Under the pieces are notes generated by a model, which searched no databases, was not told the DNA's origin, and was given only the letters and a program-made list of their open reading frames with translations. A stretch of 64,000 bases of DNA, taken from Coraliomargarita sp. Lineage in GTDB: Bacteria; Verrucomicrobiota; Verrucomicrobiia; Opitutales; Coraliomargaritaceae. Position numbers and translations under genes: made by a program. Each line of letters opens with the position of its first letter. Position 1 is the first letter of the stretch. Shown here one piece after another: positions 40,258 through 50,342 of this stretch. The stretch lies in contig OZ244160.1 of NCBI GenBank assembly GCA_965216325.1, positions 544,001 to 608,000 of the forward strand, given 5' to 3'.

Positions 40258-41154
40258 ATGACTCGTTCCAAGAAACTACCCCTGCTCAGTATCGCGATCA
40301 TCACGGTCGTATTCGTGGCTGCGTATTTTGCTTTGAGGGCGTTGCCGGATGCGCAGTGCGGCTTCCTGACCTATGAGGAAATTGTCCATGAGGACGGCAC
40401 CATCGAGTTTTGCGCGACCAACCATGCCGGCTTTTTGGATCTTTCACGCTTGGAGTATCCGATCTCGATGGATCTTGAAGTTACCGAAGATGCCAGTGCA
40501 GGAGAATCCGTTCCCGTCGCCCTTGTTCTTGAAACGAACAAGGGCCACACCATCGCGCCACATGAACTGGCGGTTACCCACGAGCGGAAGATGCATGTGA
40601 TGCTGATCGATCCAGCCATGGAGGACTACCATCACGTGCATCCGCAACCGGATGGTATTGGCGGGCGTTACACCTTTACCTTTGAGCCACAAGCAGATGG
40701 GCCGTATCGTATGTTTACCGAGATCGTGCCGATTCGCACACGTCGGCAGGTGATTGCTACGGGGGAGATTCCAGTGGGCACAGTCGGAAGTCCGCCAGAG
40801 TTTTCGCGCAGTCTGGAATCTGAAGTGGATGGCTTGCGCTTTCGCTTAACCGAGGTGCCTGAAACGCTGAAGATCAAGCGTGACTATCGTATTGAACTCG
40901 ATGTGAGTGCAGAAGATGGATCGCCGGCGCCGCTGGAAATGATCATGGGTGCTAAAGGGCATATGGTTGCCTTCGATGCCGCGGGTCTCGGCTTTGCGCA
41001 CATGCACCCGATCGACAGCTTGAAAGGGGCAGTGGATAGTGACCGCTTGGCCTTCTTGTTCAATGTGCCGAACCCGGGGTGGTATCGTCTCTTTGCACAA
41101 GTGCAGGTCGGGGGTCGCAGTATCTATGGCCGCTTCGATTTATTGATCGAATAG
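40258..41154 (+). CDS. His-rich exported protein, possibly metal-binding
   Basis: HERKMH...YHHVHP and MGAKGH...FAHMHP repeated domains; G.YRLFAQ. Confidence 0.6.
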   Translation: MTRSKKLPLLSIAIITVVFVAAYFALRALPDAQCGFLTYEEIVHEDGTIEFCATNHAGFLDLSRLEYPISMDLEVTEDASAGESVPVALVLETNKGHTIAPHELAVTHERKMHVMLIDPAMEDYHHVHPQPDGIGGRYTFTFEPQADGPYRMFTEIVPIRTRRQVIATGEIPVGTVGSPPEFSRSLESEVDGLRFRLTEVPETLKIKRDYRIELDVSAEDGSPAPLEMIMGAKGHMVAFDAAGLGFAHMHPIDSLKGAVDSDRLAFLFNVPNPGWYRLFAQVQVGGRSIYGRFDLLIE

Positions 41155-41200
41155 TGTTTCCACAGTTTGCAGATGACGCTGGATGTGCTCCTTATTCGGC

Positions 41201-41659
41201 ATGAAAACATCCAAGACACTACGCTTCTCTCTTCTGGTAACTTTATTGGTCGCGCTGGTTGCGCCGCAGATTGCTTCCGCGCACTGCCAAGTGCCCTGCG
41301 GTATCTATGGCGATCACGAACGTGTGCATGCCTTGCTTGAAGATGCTGAGACCGTCTCCAAAGCCTGCAAGATGATGGCAGAGCTTGCGGGTAAGGCCGA
41401 TGCCCAGTCGCAGCAGCAGTTTGTTCGTTGGGTGAATAACAAAGAATCACACGCTCAAAAGATTATCGAAATGATGAGCGATTATTACTTCACCCAGCGC
41501 ATCAAGCCGAGTCAGGGAGACTACACGGAGCGTCTGGTGGCCCATCACGCAGTGGTGCTTGCCGCGATGAAATCGAAGCAAAGCGCAGACATAAAGCATG
41601 CCGAAGCACTCTCTGAAGCGATTAGTGGCTTGATGCTCTATTATCCACACCAGCATTAA
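41201..41659 (+). CDS. sodN: Nickel superoxide dismutase precursor
   Basis: Ni-hook HCQVPCGIY directly after a signal-peptide-like leader ending ASA; RWV.NKESHA. Confidence 0.9.
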   Translation: MKTSKTLRFSLLVTLLVALVAPQIASAHCQVPCGIYGDHERVHALLEDAETVSKACKMMAELAGKADAQSQQQFVRWVNNKESHAQKIIEMMSDYYFTQRIKPSQGDYTERLVAHHAVVLAAMKSKQSADIKHAEALSEAISGLMLYYPHQH

Positions 41660-41787
41660 GTGTGAAGCGCGGTAGCAGGAGCGTCCTCTGCTCCGCACCG
41701 ATTGACAAAGTGCGGTGGATTTGCTGCTATTCTGGCGAATTGCGCCGCGAGGACGCGGCTGCGCTACCTGTACAATCCAGAGTTCCC

Positions 41788-42324
41788 ATGAAGAGTTACG
41801 AAGCGTTTAAAGCCTCGCGCGAGAAGATGGATCCCAGCTCGCGTAAGATGAATGAGCATCAGTGGCAGCAAGCATATGCGGCCTATAAAAGCACTCGTGA
41901 GCGGGTTCGTTCCAGTCGATCTGAGGGGCGTAAGTCGTCTGGAAGTCGTGACAGTGCGGTTCCGGCTTCGGGTATGCACACACCCAGTAGCGTGACGCCA
42001 ACTGCCATGCTGCGACGCAAGGTGCGCGCGCTCTCTGGCTACGAAGAGGTGCGTTTGTTGATGAACTTACTGGCGTGGATCGGCATCGTCGTTGTGGCGG
42101 GGCACTTAGTCGCACAGTGCATTTTCTACTCATCTGCAGAGAGCTATCTAATGGCGGGAGTCTATGCTGCGATCCGTATTCTAGCGATTCTCTTCTTTAA
42201 AGCGATGGCACAAGTGCTTATCGATATCCCCGATATAGCGCTCTATCGGATGCATCTGGAGACTGCCGCGACTGAGTCGACCGAGTTGGATCCTGAATCA
42301 GTTGGTTCAGCGGACTCAGTGTAA
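41788..42324 (+). CDS. Hypothetical membrane protein
   Basis: 178-aa ORF with two C-terminal hydrophobic helices. Confidence 0.6.
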   Translation: MKSYEAFKASREKMDPSSRKMNEHQWQQAYAAYKSTRERVRSSRSEGRKSSGSRDSAVPASGMHTPSSVTPTAMLRRKVRALSGYEEVRLLMNLLAWIGIVVVAGHLVAQCIFYSSAESYLMAGVYAAIRILAILFFKAMAQVLIDIPDIALYRMHLETAATESTELDPESVGSADSV

Positions 42325-42455
42325 CTATTGAATTACACGCAAGCTTTCGGGTTGATGTGGATGTTCTGATTGTGGCATTTGCTGTCTGTTGCTAAGACCG
42401 CAAACTCGGGAAGTTCCTTGCGCTGGATTCGTCTGTGGTGCAGTTTCGCCCTCCA

Positions 42456-44393
42456 ATGAAAAAGATCCTGTTACCTTTGGCACTTAGTCTGGGAATCGTG
42501 ATCGGCTGGTTTGCCGGTGGGAATCGTGAACGGAGTGATTCTGTGGTTTTGGAGCAGCTTCCACAGCAGCCTAGCGTAGCTGTGAGTGACGAAACGGTTG
42601 ATGAGTCGAGTATCCTCCCGCCGGGAGAGCTCGAATTGGGTGTCGGTATTGACGAACTGGAGACATGGACACTGGACCAGAAGTTAGCGCGCATCGATAC
42701 GCTTAAAAAATCGCAGTCGTTGACGAACACGATCGCTTCACTGAATCTGATCGCCTCCATGTCAGAGACCGAGCTTAGGGACATGCTTGGAGAGGCTTCA
42801 AAGCGTGGCTTTGGCAGTATGGATGATTTCTTCATGCCTTATTACACCTTCTTGGCATGGGTAGAAAAGAATCCTGATAGTGCTTATGATTTTTACCTGA
42901 ATGAGGCACAGCCGATGCAAAAGCAGATGTATTCACAGTCGCTTTTCTCGGCATGGGCGACACGGGATGCGGAGGGCGCAATTGCTGCGGCTGATCAAAT
43001 CGAGTCGGAGCACGAGCGTGCTCAAGCGATGGGAGCGATTGCGATGTCGTTGGCAGGATCGGACCCGGAGGCTGCCGTTGATTTGCTGCAGTCGAGGGAT
43101 GATACGAAACCATGGAATTATCAGACCGTTTTTATGATGTGGGCGGGGTCCAATCCGGATAAAGCGTTTGCGAAGTTGGAGTCGCTGCCTGAGGGGCAGG
43201 AGCGGGAAAATGCGTTTCAGGGCTATATTCGTGGAATTGCGAGCAAGGACGTGACTAAAGCGGCTGACATGGCGATCAATCTAGAAAATGAAAGGGATCG
43301 CGCTCAGGCCCTACAGAGTGTCATGCATCTCTGGCTTAATTCTGATTCCGACGCGGCATTTGATTTCCTAACTCGGCTGGACGAAGGCAAGCTGAAGAAT
43401 GACTTACTGCGTAATTCGATCTGGAATCTCACACGCCAGGACCCCGAACTTGCGCTTCGAGTGGTGAATGAGCAAATGACTGGGCGTGCACGCGATGATG
43501 CTTTGGGGAATGTGATCAATCAGTTGGCCAACGACTCTCCGGAAAAGGCAGTGGCGGTTGTTGCGACCTTGCCCTATGGTCGTGTCTACGAGAACGCGGT
43601 CCGCAACATTGCCAGTAATTGGGGGAGGAAGGATCCAGTGGCTGCATTGAACTGGGTGCACAGTCTTGAAGAGGGGCAGGAGAAGGACAGCGCCCTCAGT
43701 AATGTGTATAGTTCTTTTGCGAACGCGAAGACCGATGAGGCTCAGGCTTATTTAGTCGCGATGCCGGATGGTGATGAAAAGAAGAAGCTGGTGGATGCCT
43801 TGGGGGCTAAGCTTGCGCAGACGGATCCCCAAGCAGCAATCCTTTGGGCGAAGTCGATGGCTACGGAGGAATACGTGAAGTTAGCGCAAGATCGTGTGAT
43901 TAGTGCGTGGGCTCAGGAGAAACCTTTGGAGGCGATTCAGTATTTAGAGGCTACCGGAGATACCGAGCGTTTAAACGATCAGATTTGGTCACTCGCCAAT
44001 GGTTACGCTCGTCAGGACGTGAAAGCTGCGGCGGATTGGGCGGGCACGATTGAGGATGAGGATGCGCGTCGGAAGGCCTATGAGCGCGTTGCCGACGAGT
44101 GGTTGCAGCACAATACCGAGGAAGCATCTATTTGGATCGCGGGTCTCGAAACGAGCCCGGAACGTGATAGCTCCGTACGCAAGCTAGTAGATAAAATCTA
44201 TCGTTCAGATCCCGATGCGGCCTTTCAATGGGCTGCAACGATCGAGAATCAGAATGAACGGCGCAATGCCACACGCCGAGCGATCGACTTTCTCAGCCAT
44301 AGTGATCGTAAGGAGGAAGCACAGGCACTGATCGATGGTAGTGAGCTAAGTGAAGCCGATAAAGAGCACCTCCAGAAGCGACTGGGTAAATAG
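42456..44393 (+). CDS. Exported alpha-helical repeat protein (W-x-x-x-D-P-x-x-A repeats)
   Basis: N-terminal hydrophobic leader; many repeats such as WVEKNPDSA, WAGSNPDKA, WGRKDPVAALNW, AQTDPQAAILW. Confidence 0.75.
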   Translation: MKKILLPLALSLGIVIGWFAGGNRERSDSVVLEQLPQQPSVAVSDETVDESSILPPGELELGVGIDELETWTLDQKLARIDTLKKSQSLTNTIASLNLIASMSETELRDMLGEASKRGFGSMDDFFMPYYTFLAWVEKNPDSAYDFYLNEAQPMQKQMYSQSLFSAWATRDAEGAIAAADQIESEHERAQAMGAIAMSLAGSDPEAAVDLLQSRDDTKPWNYQTVFMMWAGSNPDKAFAKLESLPEGQERENAFQGYIRGIASKDVTKAADMAINLENERDRAQALQSVMHLWLNSDSDAAFDFLTRLDEGKLKNDLLRNSIWNLTRQDPELALRVVNEQMTGRARDDALGNVINQLANDSPEKAVAVVATLPYGRVYENAVRNIASNWGRKDPVAALNWVHSLEEGQEKDSALSNVYSSFANAKTDEAQAYLVAMPDGDEKKKLVDALGAKLAQTDPQAAILWAKSMATEEYVKLAQDRVISAWAQEKPLEAIQYLEATGDTERLNDQIWSLANGYARQDVKAAADWAGTIEDEDARRKAYERVADEWLQHNTEEASIWIAGLETSPERDSSVRKLVDKIYRSDPDAAFQWAATIENQNERRNATRRAIDFLSHSDRKEEAQALIDGSELSEADKEHLQKRLGK

Positions 44394-44528
44394 AGAGGTT
44401 GAGCTGTGCTCTGTTCAGATGTGTCACGTACCTATGTTTAATAGAACTGTTTGAGTGAAATGAGCTTGTCGGCTGAGGGAAGGGCATACGGCCAACTTGA
44501 GCGTGCTACAGTTCTAAAGCTGCCACTC

Positions 44529-44726
44529 AGGCTATTCAACCGTGACCGACTTGGCTAAGTTGCGTGGCTTGTCGACATCACAGCCGCGAGCGAGCGCGAT
44601 GTGGTAGCTGAGCAGCTGCACCGGAATGCTCATGAGAATTGGACGGGCGATGTCGTGGCTTTCCGGAACGACGATCAGATCGTCGATCAGATCTTCCGGC
44701 ATCTCGCAGTCAGCGCTCGCGATACA
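44529..44726 (-). repeat. 198-bp duplicate of the glmS 3' end (direct repeat with 46034-46231)
   Basis: Base-by-base match with 4 substitutions, all synonymous in the glmS frame. Confidence 0.92.
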
Positions 44727-44814
44727 TGGAACGCTTAAAAGGAACGCTTAAAAGGGACAGGCTAAAAGTAGCAGGTTGAGTTGCGTCTTATTCAGTAGTG
44801 GTTATGCTGTTTTT

Positions 44815-45837
44815 ATGCGACAGCGACGACTCAAGGTCGGTGGACGGGAAGCGATCTATCACTGCATGACTCGCACCGTGAATGGTGAGCTTCTCTTTAA
44901 GGATAGAGAGAAAGAGATGCTCCGGAAGATGATGCACATAGTTGCAGACTTTTGTGGGGTGCAGGTGCTCACATTCTGCATTATGTCAAATCATTTTCAC
45001 GTGCTCGTGAAAGTGCCAGCCTCACCGAGAGTATCTGATCAAGAGCTGATGCGGCGTTATCGGGTGCTGTATCCGAAACCGACGAAATATCAGGCTGAAT
45101 CTGCGAAACAGATGGAGCTGACGCTATCTGATGGCGGCGAGGATGCGGAAGTGATTCGTGCGAAGTTGTTGGCCCGAATGGCGGATGTCTCGGAGTTTAT
45201 GAAGGCGCTGAAACAGCGCTTCTCGGTCTGGTATAATCGTAGTCACCGTCGTTATGGAACTCTCTGGGCGGAGCGCTTCAAGTCGGTCTTGGTGGAAGGC
45301 GAGGGCAATGCCTTGCAAACCATGGCGGCCTATATCGATCTGAACCCTGTCCGGGCGGGATTAGTCGAGGATCCAAAGGATTACCGTTTCTGTGGCTATG
45401 CAGAAGCCGTTGCGGGAGTCTCTGAAGCCCGCATTGGTTTGAAGTGTATTTGGGCTGATCATGCTGGAGCGGACTCGAGTGAAGTGACGCACAAGTGCGC
45501 ACGCTACGGGTCTGTCATGAAGGCGCACCGCCAGTTGCTTTTCGGGAAAGGGGCGAGTCCGTGGACACATCACGGTAAAGTCATCAATCGCAAACAAGCG
45601 CTTAAGGTGCTGGAAGAGCAGGACGGCCAGCTGTCTAAAGCTGCAGTCTTGCGTTGCCGGGTTCGCTATTTCACGGACGGGGCCATTCTTGGCTCATCGG
45701 AATTTGTTCGAGGCTTTGCTGGCGCTTGGCAGTTGGACCGCGGGCGGAAGCATCCTCCTAAGACGAATCGCCTCCGTGGAGCCGATTGGGGCGATTTGTC
45801 TGTGATTCAAGGCCTACGACGGCAGGTGTTTGGCTAG
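44815..45837 (+). mobile_element. Large Y1/HUH transposase (IS200/RAYT-related), copy 1
   Basis: IYHCMTR, CIMSNHFHVL (HUH), GTLWAERFKSVLV, AYIDLNPVRAGLV.DP.DY. Confidence 0.85.
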
Positions 45838-46036
45838 CTTCGCGGACCAATGGTTCCCTTGTTTTTGCAGATGAGTAACTGGGCGGGCAGTCTGGAGACA
45901 TGCGGGTCTTGAGAGATATCCCAAGCATTCTGGGGAACTAGACCTGCCGACGTGTGGTTGAGCTAGGTGGGAAAACGCCCACTGTTTCAAGGTGGACGTT
46001 GATAACACTTAAGCTCTTGTTTGGCTTCCGCTGAGG

Positions 46037-47884
46037 CTATTCCACCGTGACCGATTTGGCTAAGTTGCGCGGCTTGTCGACATCACAGCCGCGAGCGAGC
46101 GCGATGTGGTAGCTGAGCAGCTGCACTGGAATGCTCATGAGAATTGGACGGGCGATGTCGTGGCTTTCCGGAACGACGATCAGATCGTCGATCAGATCTT
46201 CCGGCATCTCGCAGTCAGCGCTCGCGATACAAATGACCTTACCTTTACGCGCTTTGACCTCCTGAATGTTTGCTAGACTCTTCTGGAAGATTTCACCGGA
46301 TGCAGCGAGGAAGACACTTGGGCAGTCTTCGCTGATCAATGCGATCGGGCCGTGTTTCATCTCCGCTGCAGGGTAACCTTCTGCGTGAATGTAAGAGATT
46401 TCTTTCAGCTTGAGCGCACCTTCCAAGGCAATCGGGAACATAAACTGACGGCCGAGGAAGAGGCAGTCTTCGTAGTGTGCGTAACGCTTTGCGATTTCCT
46501 CGATCTTGCCGTTCTGCTTGAGCACCTCGCGGACCTGATCCGGGAGGGCCTTGAGCGCTTTGACTATATCGGCACCGTCGCTGTAGCTCAAGTCTCGGAG
46601 GCGGCCGAAGTATAGTGCGACCATCGCACCGAGCAGCACTTGGGAAGTAAATGCTTTGGTTGAGGCCACACCAATTTCCGGGCCTGCGTGCTGGTAGATA
46701 CCACCGTCACATTCGCGAGCGATGGTGGAGCCGACACTGTTGTTAATTGAAAGCGTGCGATAGCCTTTACGCTTGGCTTCACGCAGCGCAGCCAGTGTGT
46801 CGATGGTTTCACCGGATTGGCTGATCGCAAAGACCAGGGTGTTCTTGTCCAGAGGTGCGTTGCGATAACGGAACTCGGAGGCGTATTCGACTTCAACAGG
46901 AATGCGCGCATAGCGCTCGATCAGATACTCCGCCATCAAGCAGGCGTGCCATGCGGTGCCACAAGCGAGGAAGAGAATGCGGTCCACATTGCGCAGGTCC
47001 TGTGGGCTCAGATTTAGTCCACCAAAGAAGGCGGTGCTGCCGTCGTCCGAGAAGCGGCCACGCATACCGTTTTCGAGCGCGGTTGGCTGCTCGAAAATTT
47101 CCTTCTCCATGAAGTGACTGTAGTTGCCGAGTTCTGCTTCGCTAGTGTCCCAGTCGACTTGTTGGATGACTGGCTCAACGTCCTTACTGGATGCAGTGGT
47201 AATCGAAAAGTCGTCGTCACGGAGGTGCACGACTTCGTTGTCGTTCAAATAGATGACGTTCTGCGTGCAATGGGTGATCGCGTTTACGTCGGAGGCAATG
47301 AGGTTCTCGCCCTTGCCGATGCCGACGATCAGAGGAGAGCCTTTGCGTGCGCCGATGAGTTCGTTCGGGTAGTCGCTGCAGAGCACTGCGATGCCGTAGG
47401 TGCCTTCTACATGGCTCAGGCTTTTGCGCACGGCTTCCAAAAAGCGGTTTTTGCCCTTGGACTCAGGTTCCTTGTCGTAGTGGTAGGCGATCATATTGGA
47501 GAGCGCCTCGGAGTCGGTTTCGGAGCTGAAGGTGTAGCCTTTCTCTGTGAGAAAGTTCTTCATGCCGAGGTAGTTTTCGATCACCCCGTTGTGCACTAGC
47601 GCAATTTTTCCATCGCTGCTGACGTGTGGGTGGGCGTTGGCTTCAGTGACATCACCGTGAGTGGCCCAACGTGTGTGGCTGATTCCGAGCGTGCCGCCTA
47701 AATCTTCACCTAAAGCGCGCTCCAATTCCTTGACGCGGCCCGTTCTACGTATAGTGCTAAAGCCGTTACTGCTACTAATGGTCATTCCCGACGAATCATA
47801 CCCTCGGTATTCGAGGCGCTTTAATCCATCCAGCATCACGCTACCCGCACGGGAGCGACCAATATATCCTACGATTCCACACAT
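46037..47884 (-). CDS. glmS: Glutamine--fructose-6-phosphate aminotransferase
   Basis: MCGIVG, YRGYDS, HTRWATHG, SQSGET, C-terminal [11 protein letters not shown]. Confidence 0.97.
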   Translation of the reverse strand: MCGIVGYIGRSRAGSVMLDGLKRLEYRGYDSSGMTISSSNGFSTIRRTGRVKELERALGEDLGGTLGISHTRWATHGDVTEANAHPHVSSDGKIALVHNGVIENYLGMKNFLTEKGYTFSSETDSEALSNMIAYHYDKEPESKGKNRFLEAVRKSLSHVEGTYGIAVLCSDYPNELIGARKGSPLIVGIGKGENLIASDVNAITHCTQNVIYLNDNEVVHLRDDDFSITTASSKDVEPVIQQVDWDTSEAELGNYSHFMEKEIFEQPTALENGMRGRFSDDGSTAFFGGLNLSPQDLRNVDRILFLACGTAWHACLMAEYLIERYARIPVEVEYASEFRYRNAPLDKNTLVFAISQSGETIDTLAALREAKRKGYRTLSINNSVGSTIARECDGGIYQHAGPEIGVASTKAFTSQVLLGAMVALYFGRLRDLSYSDGADIVKALKALPDQVREVLKQNGKIEEIAKRYAHYEDCLFLGRQFMFPIALEGALKLKEISYIHAEGYPAAEMKHGPIALISEDCPSVFLAASGEIFQKSLANIQEVKARKGKVICIASADCEMPEDLIDDLIVVPESHDIARPILMSIPVQLLSYHIALARGCDVDKPRNLAKSVTVE

Positions 47885-47959
47885 AAGGGGGCATATCTGT
47901 ATGCTGCCCCATGCTGGAGGCAAGACCCTAATTTCTCTGTATACTCCACTAACATTACT

Positions 47960-49255
47960 ATGAAAAAACGTAAAGTCGTCTGTATTATCATGGGAGGTGG
48001 CCGCGGCACACGCCTGGTTCCTTTAACGCAAGAGCGCTGTAAGCCTGCTGTGCCGCTGGCTGGCAAGTATCGCTTGGTTGATATCCCCATTAGTAACTGC
48101 CTGAACTCAGGCTTTAATCAGATTTATGTGTTAACTCAATTTAACACGGCGTCACTTCACCGCCACATTCAGGAGTCCTTTAAGTTCGATCCCTTTGGTG
48201 GGGGGTGTGTCGATATCTTGTCTGCTGAGCAGACTGATAAGGACGATGGCTGGTATCAGGGCACTGCGGATGCGGTTCGCCAAAATATGAATCACTTCGG
48301 TGAGATGGGCGAGGGCGACCTCTATATTATCCTCTCCGGTGACCAACTCTTCCGTATGGATTTGGCGAGCGTGGTTGCTGAGCACGACGCAAGTGGCGCG
48401 GAAGTCACCATCACCGCGAAGCCGCTTGGTTTGGATGAAGCGGAAGGCCTGGGCCTGATGCGCATTAACGACGATTTGGAAATCACCGAGTTCGTCGAAA
48501 AGCCAACAGACCCTGAGGTGATCAAGGGCCTTGCCGTTGGAGAGAGTGTTACCAGCAAGATGAACAACCCTGGCGATCGCGACTACTGCCTGGCGTCCAT
48601 GGGCATTTATGTGTTCAACGCGCCAACTCTGGATAAAGCGCTCGATTCGGACACGACGGACTTCGGTAAGGAAATTATCCCCGGGCTCTTGGGCCAAGCG
48701 AAGATGTGTAGCTATGTCTTCGATGACTATTGGGAAGATATCGGAACCGTAAAGGCATTCTTCGACTGTAACCTACGCCTGACGGATCCGGTGCCGCCAT
48801 TTAATTTCTTCAACGAAGATGCGAAGATCTACACGCACGCACGCTTCCTGCCTGCGGCGAAGATGAATTCCTGCAAGATTGACCGTGCGGTGGTTGCAGA
48901 CGGCTCGATCGTGACGGACTCTGCGCTGACACGCTGCTCGCTCGGTGTGCGTTCGGTTATCAACGAGGGCTCTGTGCTGGAGAATGTTGTGATGATGGGG
49001 GCGGACTTCTATGAGAACGATGAGGATCGTAGTGAGAATGCTTCGCTTGGTCGTCCAGCAGTCGGCGTCGGTAAGCATTCAAGCATCAAAAATGCGATTC
49101 TAGATAAGAATGTGCGTCTTGGTGACAATGTTGTGATCGACCCAACTGGCTTGCCGGATAAGTTTGGCCCTGGTGTCGATGTTGCCATCCGTGACGGCGT
49201 TTGCGTGGTTTGTAAGGGCGCAGTTATTCCTGATGGATTTGTGCTGAAAGCCTAG
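47960..49255 (+). CDS. glgC: Glucose-1-phosphate adenylyltransferase
   Basis: GGGRGTRL.PLT..RCKPAVP, WYQGTADAVRQ, FVEKP, DFGKEIIP, YWEDIGT. Confidence 0.95.
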   Translation: MKKRKVVCIIMGGGRGTRLVPLTQERCKPAVPLAGKYRLVDIPISNCLNSGFNQIYVLTQFNTASLHRHIQESFKFDPFGGGCVDILSAEQTDKDDGWYQGTADAVRQNMNHFGEMGEGDLYIILSGDQLFRMDLASVVAEHDASGAEVTITAKPLGLDEAEGLGLMRINDDLEITEFVEKPTDPEVIKGLAVGESVTSKMNNPGDRDYCLASMGIYVFNAPTLDKALDSDTTDFGKEIIPGLLGQAKMCSYVFDDYWEDIGTVKAFFDCNLRLTDPVPPFNFFNEDAKIYTHARFLPAAKMNSCKIDRAVVADGSIVTDSALTRCSLGVRSVINEGSVLENVVMMGADFYENDEDRSENASLGRPAVGVGKHSSIKNAILDKNVRLGDNVVIDPTGLPDKFGPGVDVAIRDGVCVVCKGAVIPDGFVLKA

Positions 49256-49277
49256 TCTTGAACACAGACTTTTTCCT

Positions 49278-49307
49278 AAACGGCGATTCGTTAGAATCGC
49301 CGTTTTT
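49278..49307 (+). terminator. Intrinsic terminator after glgC
   Basis: AAACGGCGATT CGTTAG AATCGCCGTTTTT. Confidence 0.75.
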
Positions 49308-49391
49308 CGTTGCTAAAACAGGGATTCAGCAGCATACTAAAATTTAGAAAACGACGTTCTGCTTGATTCACTGTTTAACCCCATATTTCTG

Positions 49392-50240
49392 ATGAAACGC
49401 TTATTAGTCTGCACCGATGGTTCTGCTTACTCCCAAGAATGCTGCCGCTATGCAGCTTGGCTTGCGCAACAGGATCCTGAAATTGAAATACTGGCTCTGT
49501 ATGTGACGGACCTTCGGCAGTTCGAGGTGCCGGCAGTGGCTGATTTGAGCGGTAGTCTGGGGATTCAACCATTTGATGGGATGATTGCTCAGCTTCAAGA
49601 GGTCGAAGAGATCAAAGCGAAGTTTGTCGAGGAGCAGGCAAGTAAGGTCTTTCAGGAGGCGGATATTCAGGATCGAGTCACCTTTCAGCATGACACCGGA
49701 CTGTTGGTCGACGCCATAGCCGAGTATAACGCAGATACGGATCTGATTCTGCTCGGTAAGCGTGGTGAGAATGCAAACTTTGCGACCGAGCATCTTGGTT
49801 CGATGCTGGAACGGGTAGTGCGCTCTGCGAGTAAGCCCTGTTTGGTGACGACGCGCACGTTCAAGGCCTTTACCCGTGTGGCAATTGCTTATGATGGTGG
49901 TGAGAGCTGCCAGAAAGCATTGGAGTATTTGTCGGAACTGAGCTTGTTCGAGTCCTTGGATCTACACGTGATCACTGTGGTGGAGGGCCATCACGAAGAT
50001 TTGGCGGCAAGCCGTTTAACTGATGCTGAAGCTCAGTTGAATGCCAATGGCCTGCAGCCAACCTGTCAGGTGCTCTCGGGCAATGTCGAGGAGGCGATCT
50101 CTAATTATGTCACGAGTGCCAGTATCGACCTGTTGGTGATGGGCGCGTATGGCCACAGTCGTATTCGTGAACTGTTGATCGGTAGCACAACGACGGAGCT
50201 TTTGCGGCGCTGCCATGTGCCAGTGCTCTGCCTGCGCTAG
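49392..50240 (+). CDS. Tandem universal stress protein (paralog of 34406-35266)
   Basis: LLVCTDGS, LILLGKRG..HLGSMLERV, DLLVMGAYGHSR...GSTT. Confidence 0.9.
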   Translation: MKRLLVCTDGSAYSQECCRYAAWLAQQDPEIEILALYVTDLRQFEVPAVADLSGSLGIQPFDGMIAQLQEVEEIKAKFVEEQASKVFQEADIQDRVTFQHDTGLLVDAIAEYNADTDLILLGKRGENANFATEHLGSMLERVVRSASKPCLVTTRTFKAFTRVAIAYDGGESCQKALEYLSELSLFESLDLHVITVVEGHHEDLAASRLTDAEAQLNANGLQPTCQVLSGNVEEAISNYVTSASIDLLVMGAYGHSRIRELLIGSTTTELLRRCHVPVLCLR

Positions 50241-50342
50241 GGCAAACTTGGTATTTGGGCTATTTCTGGCTGGTGATCTGCTAGGGGATACGCATAGGCA
50301 TAGAGCTACAACTGCACTTTCCCTACCACTTATATTAACCGC

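Noticed and set aside
44529..46231. Tn7 insertion at attTn7
   Set aside because: No tns genes, no TGT...ACA ends recognised, and the duplication is 198 bp rather than 5 bp
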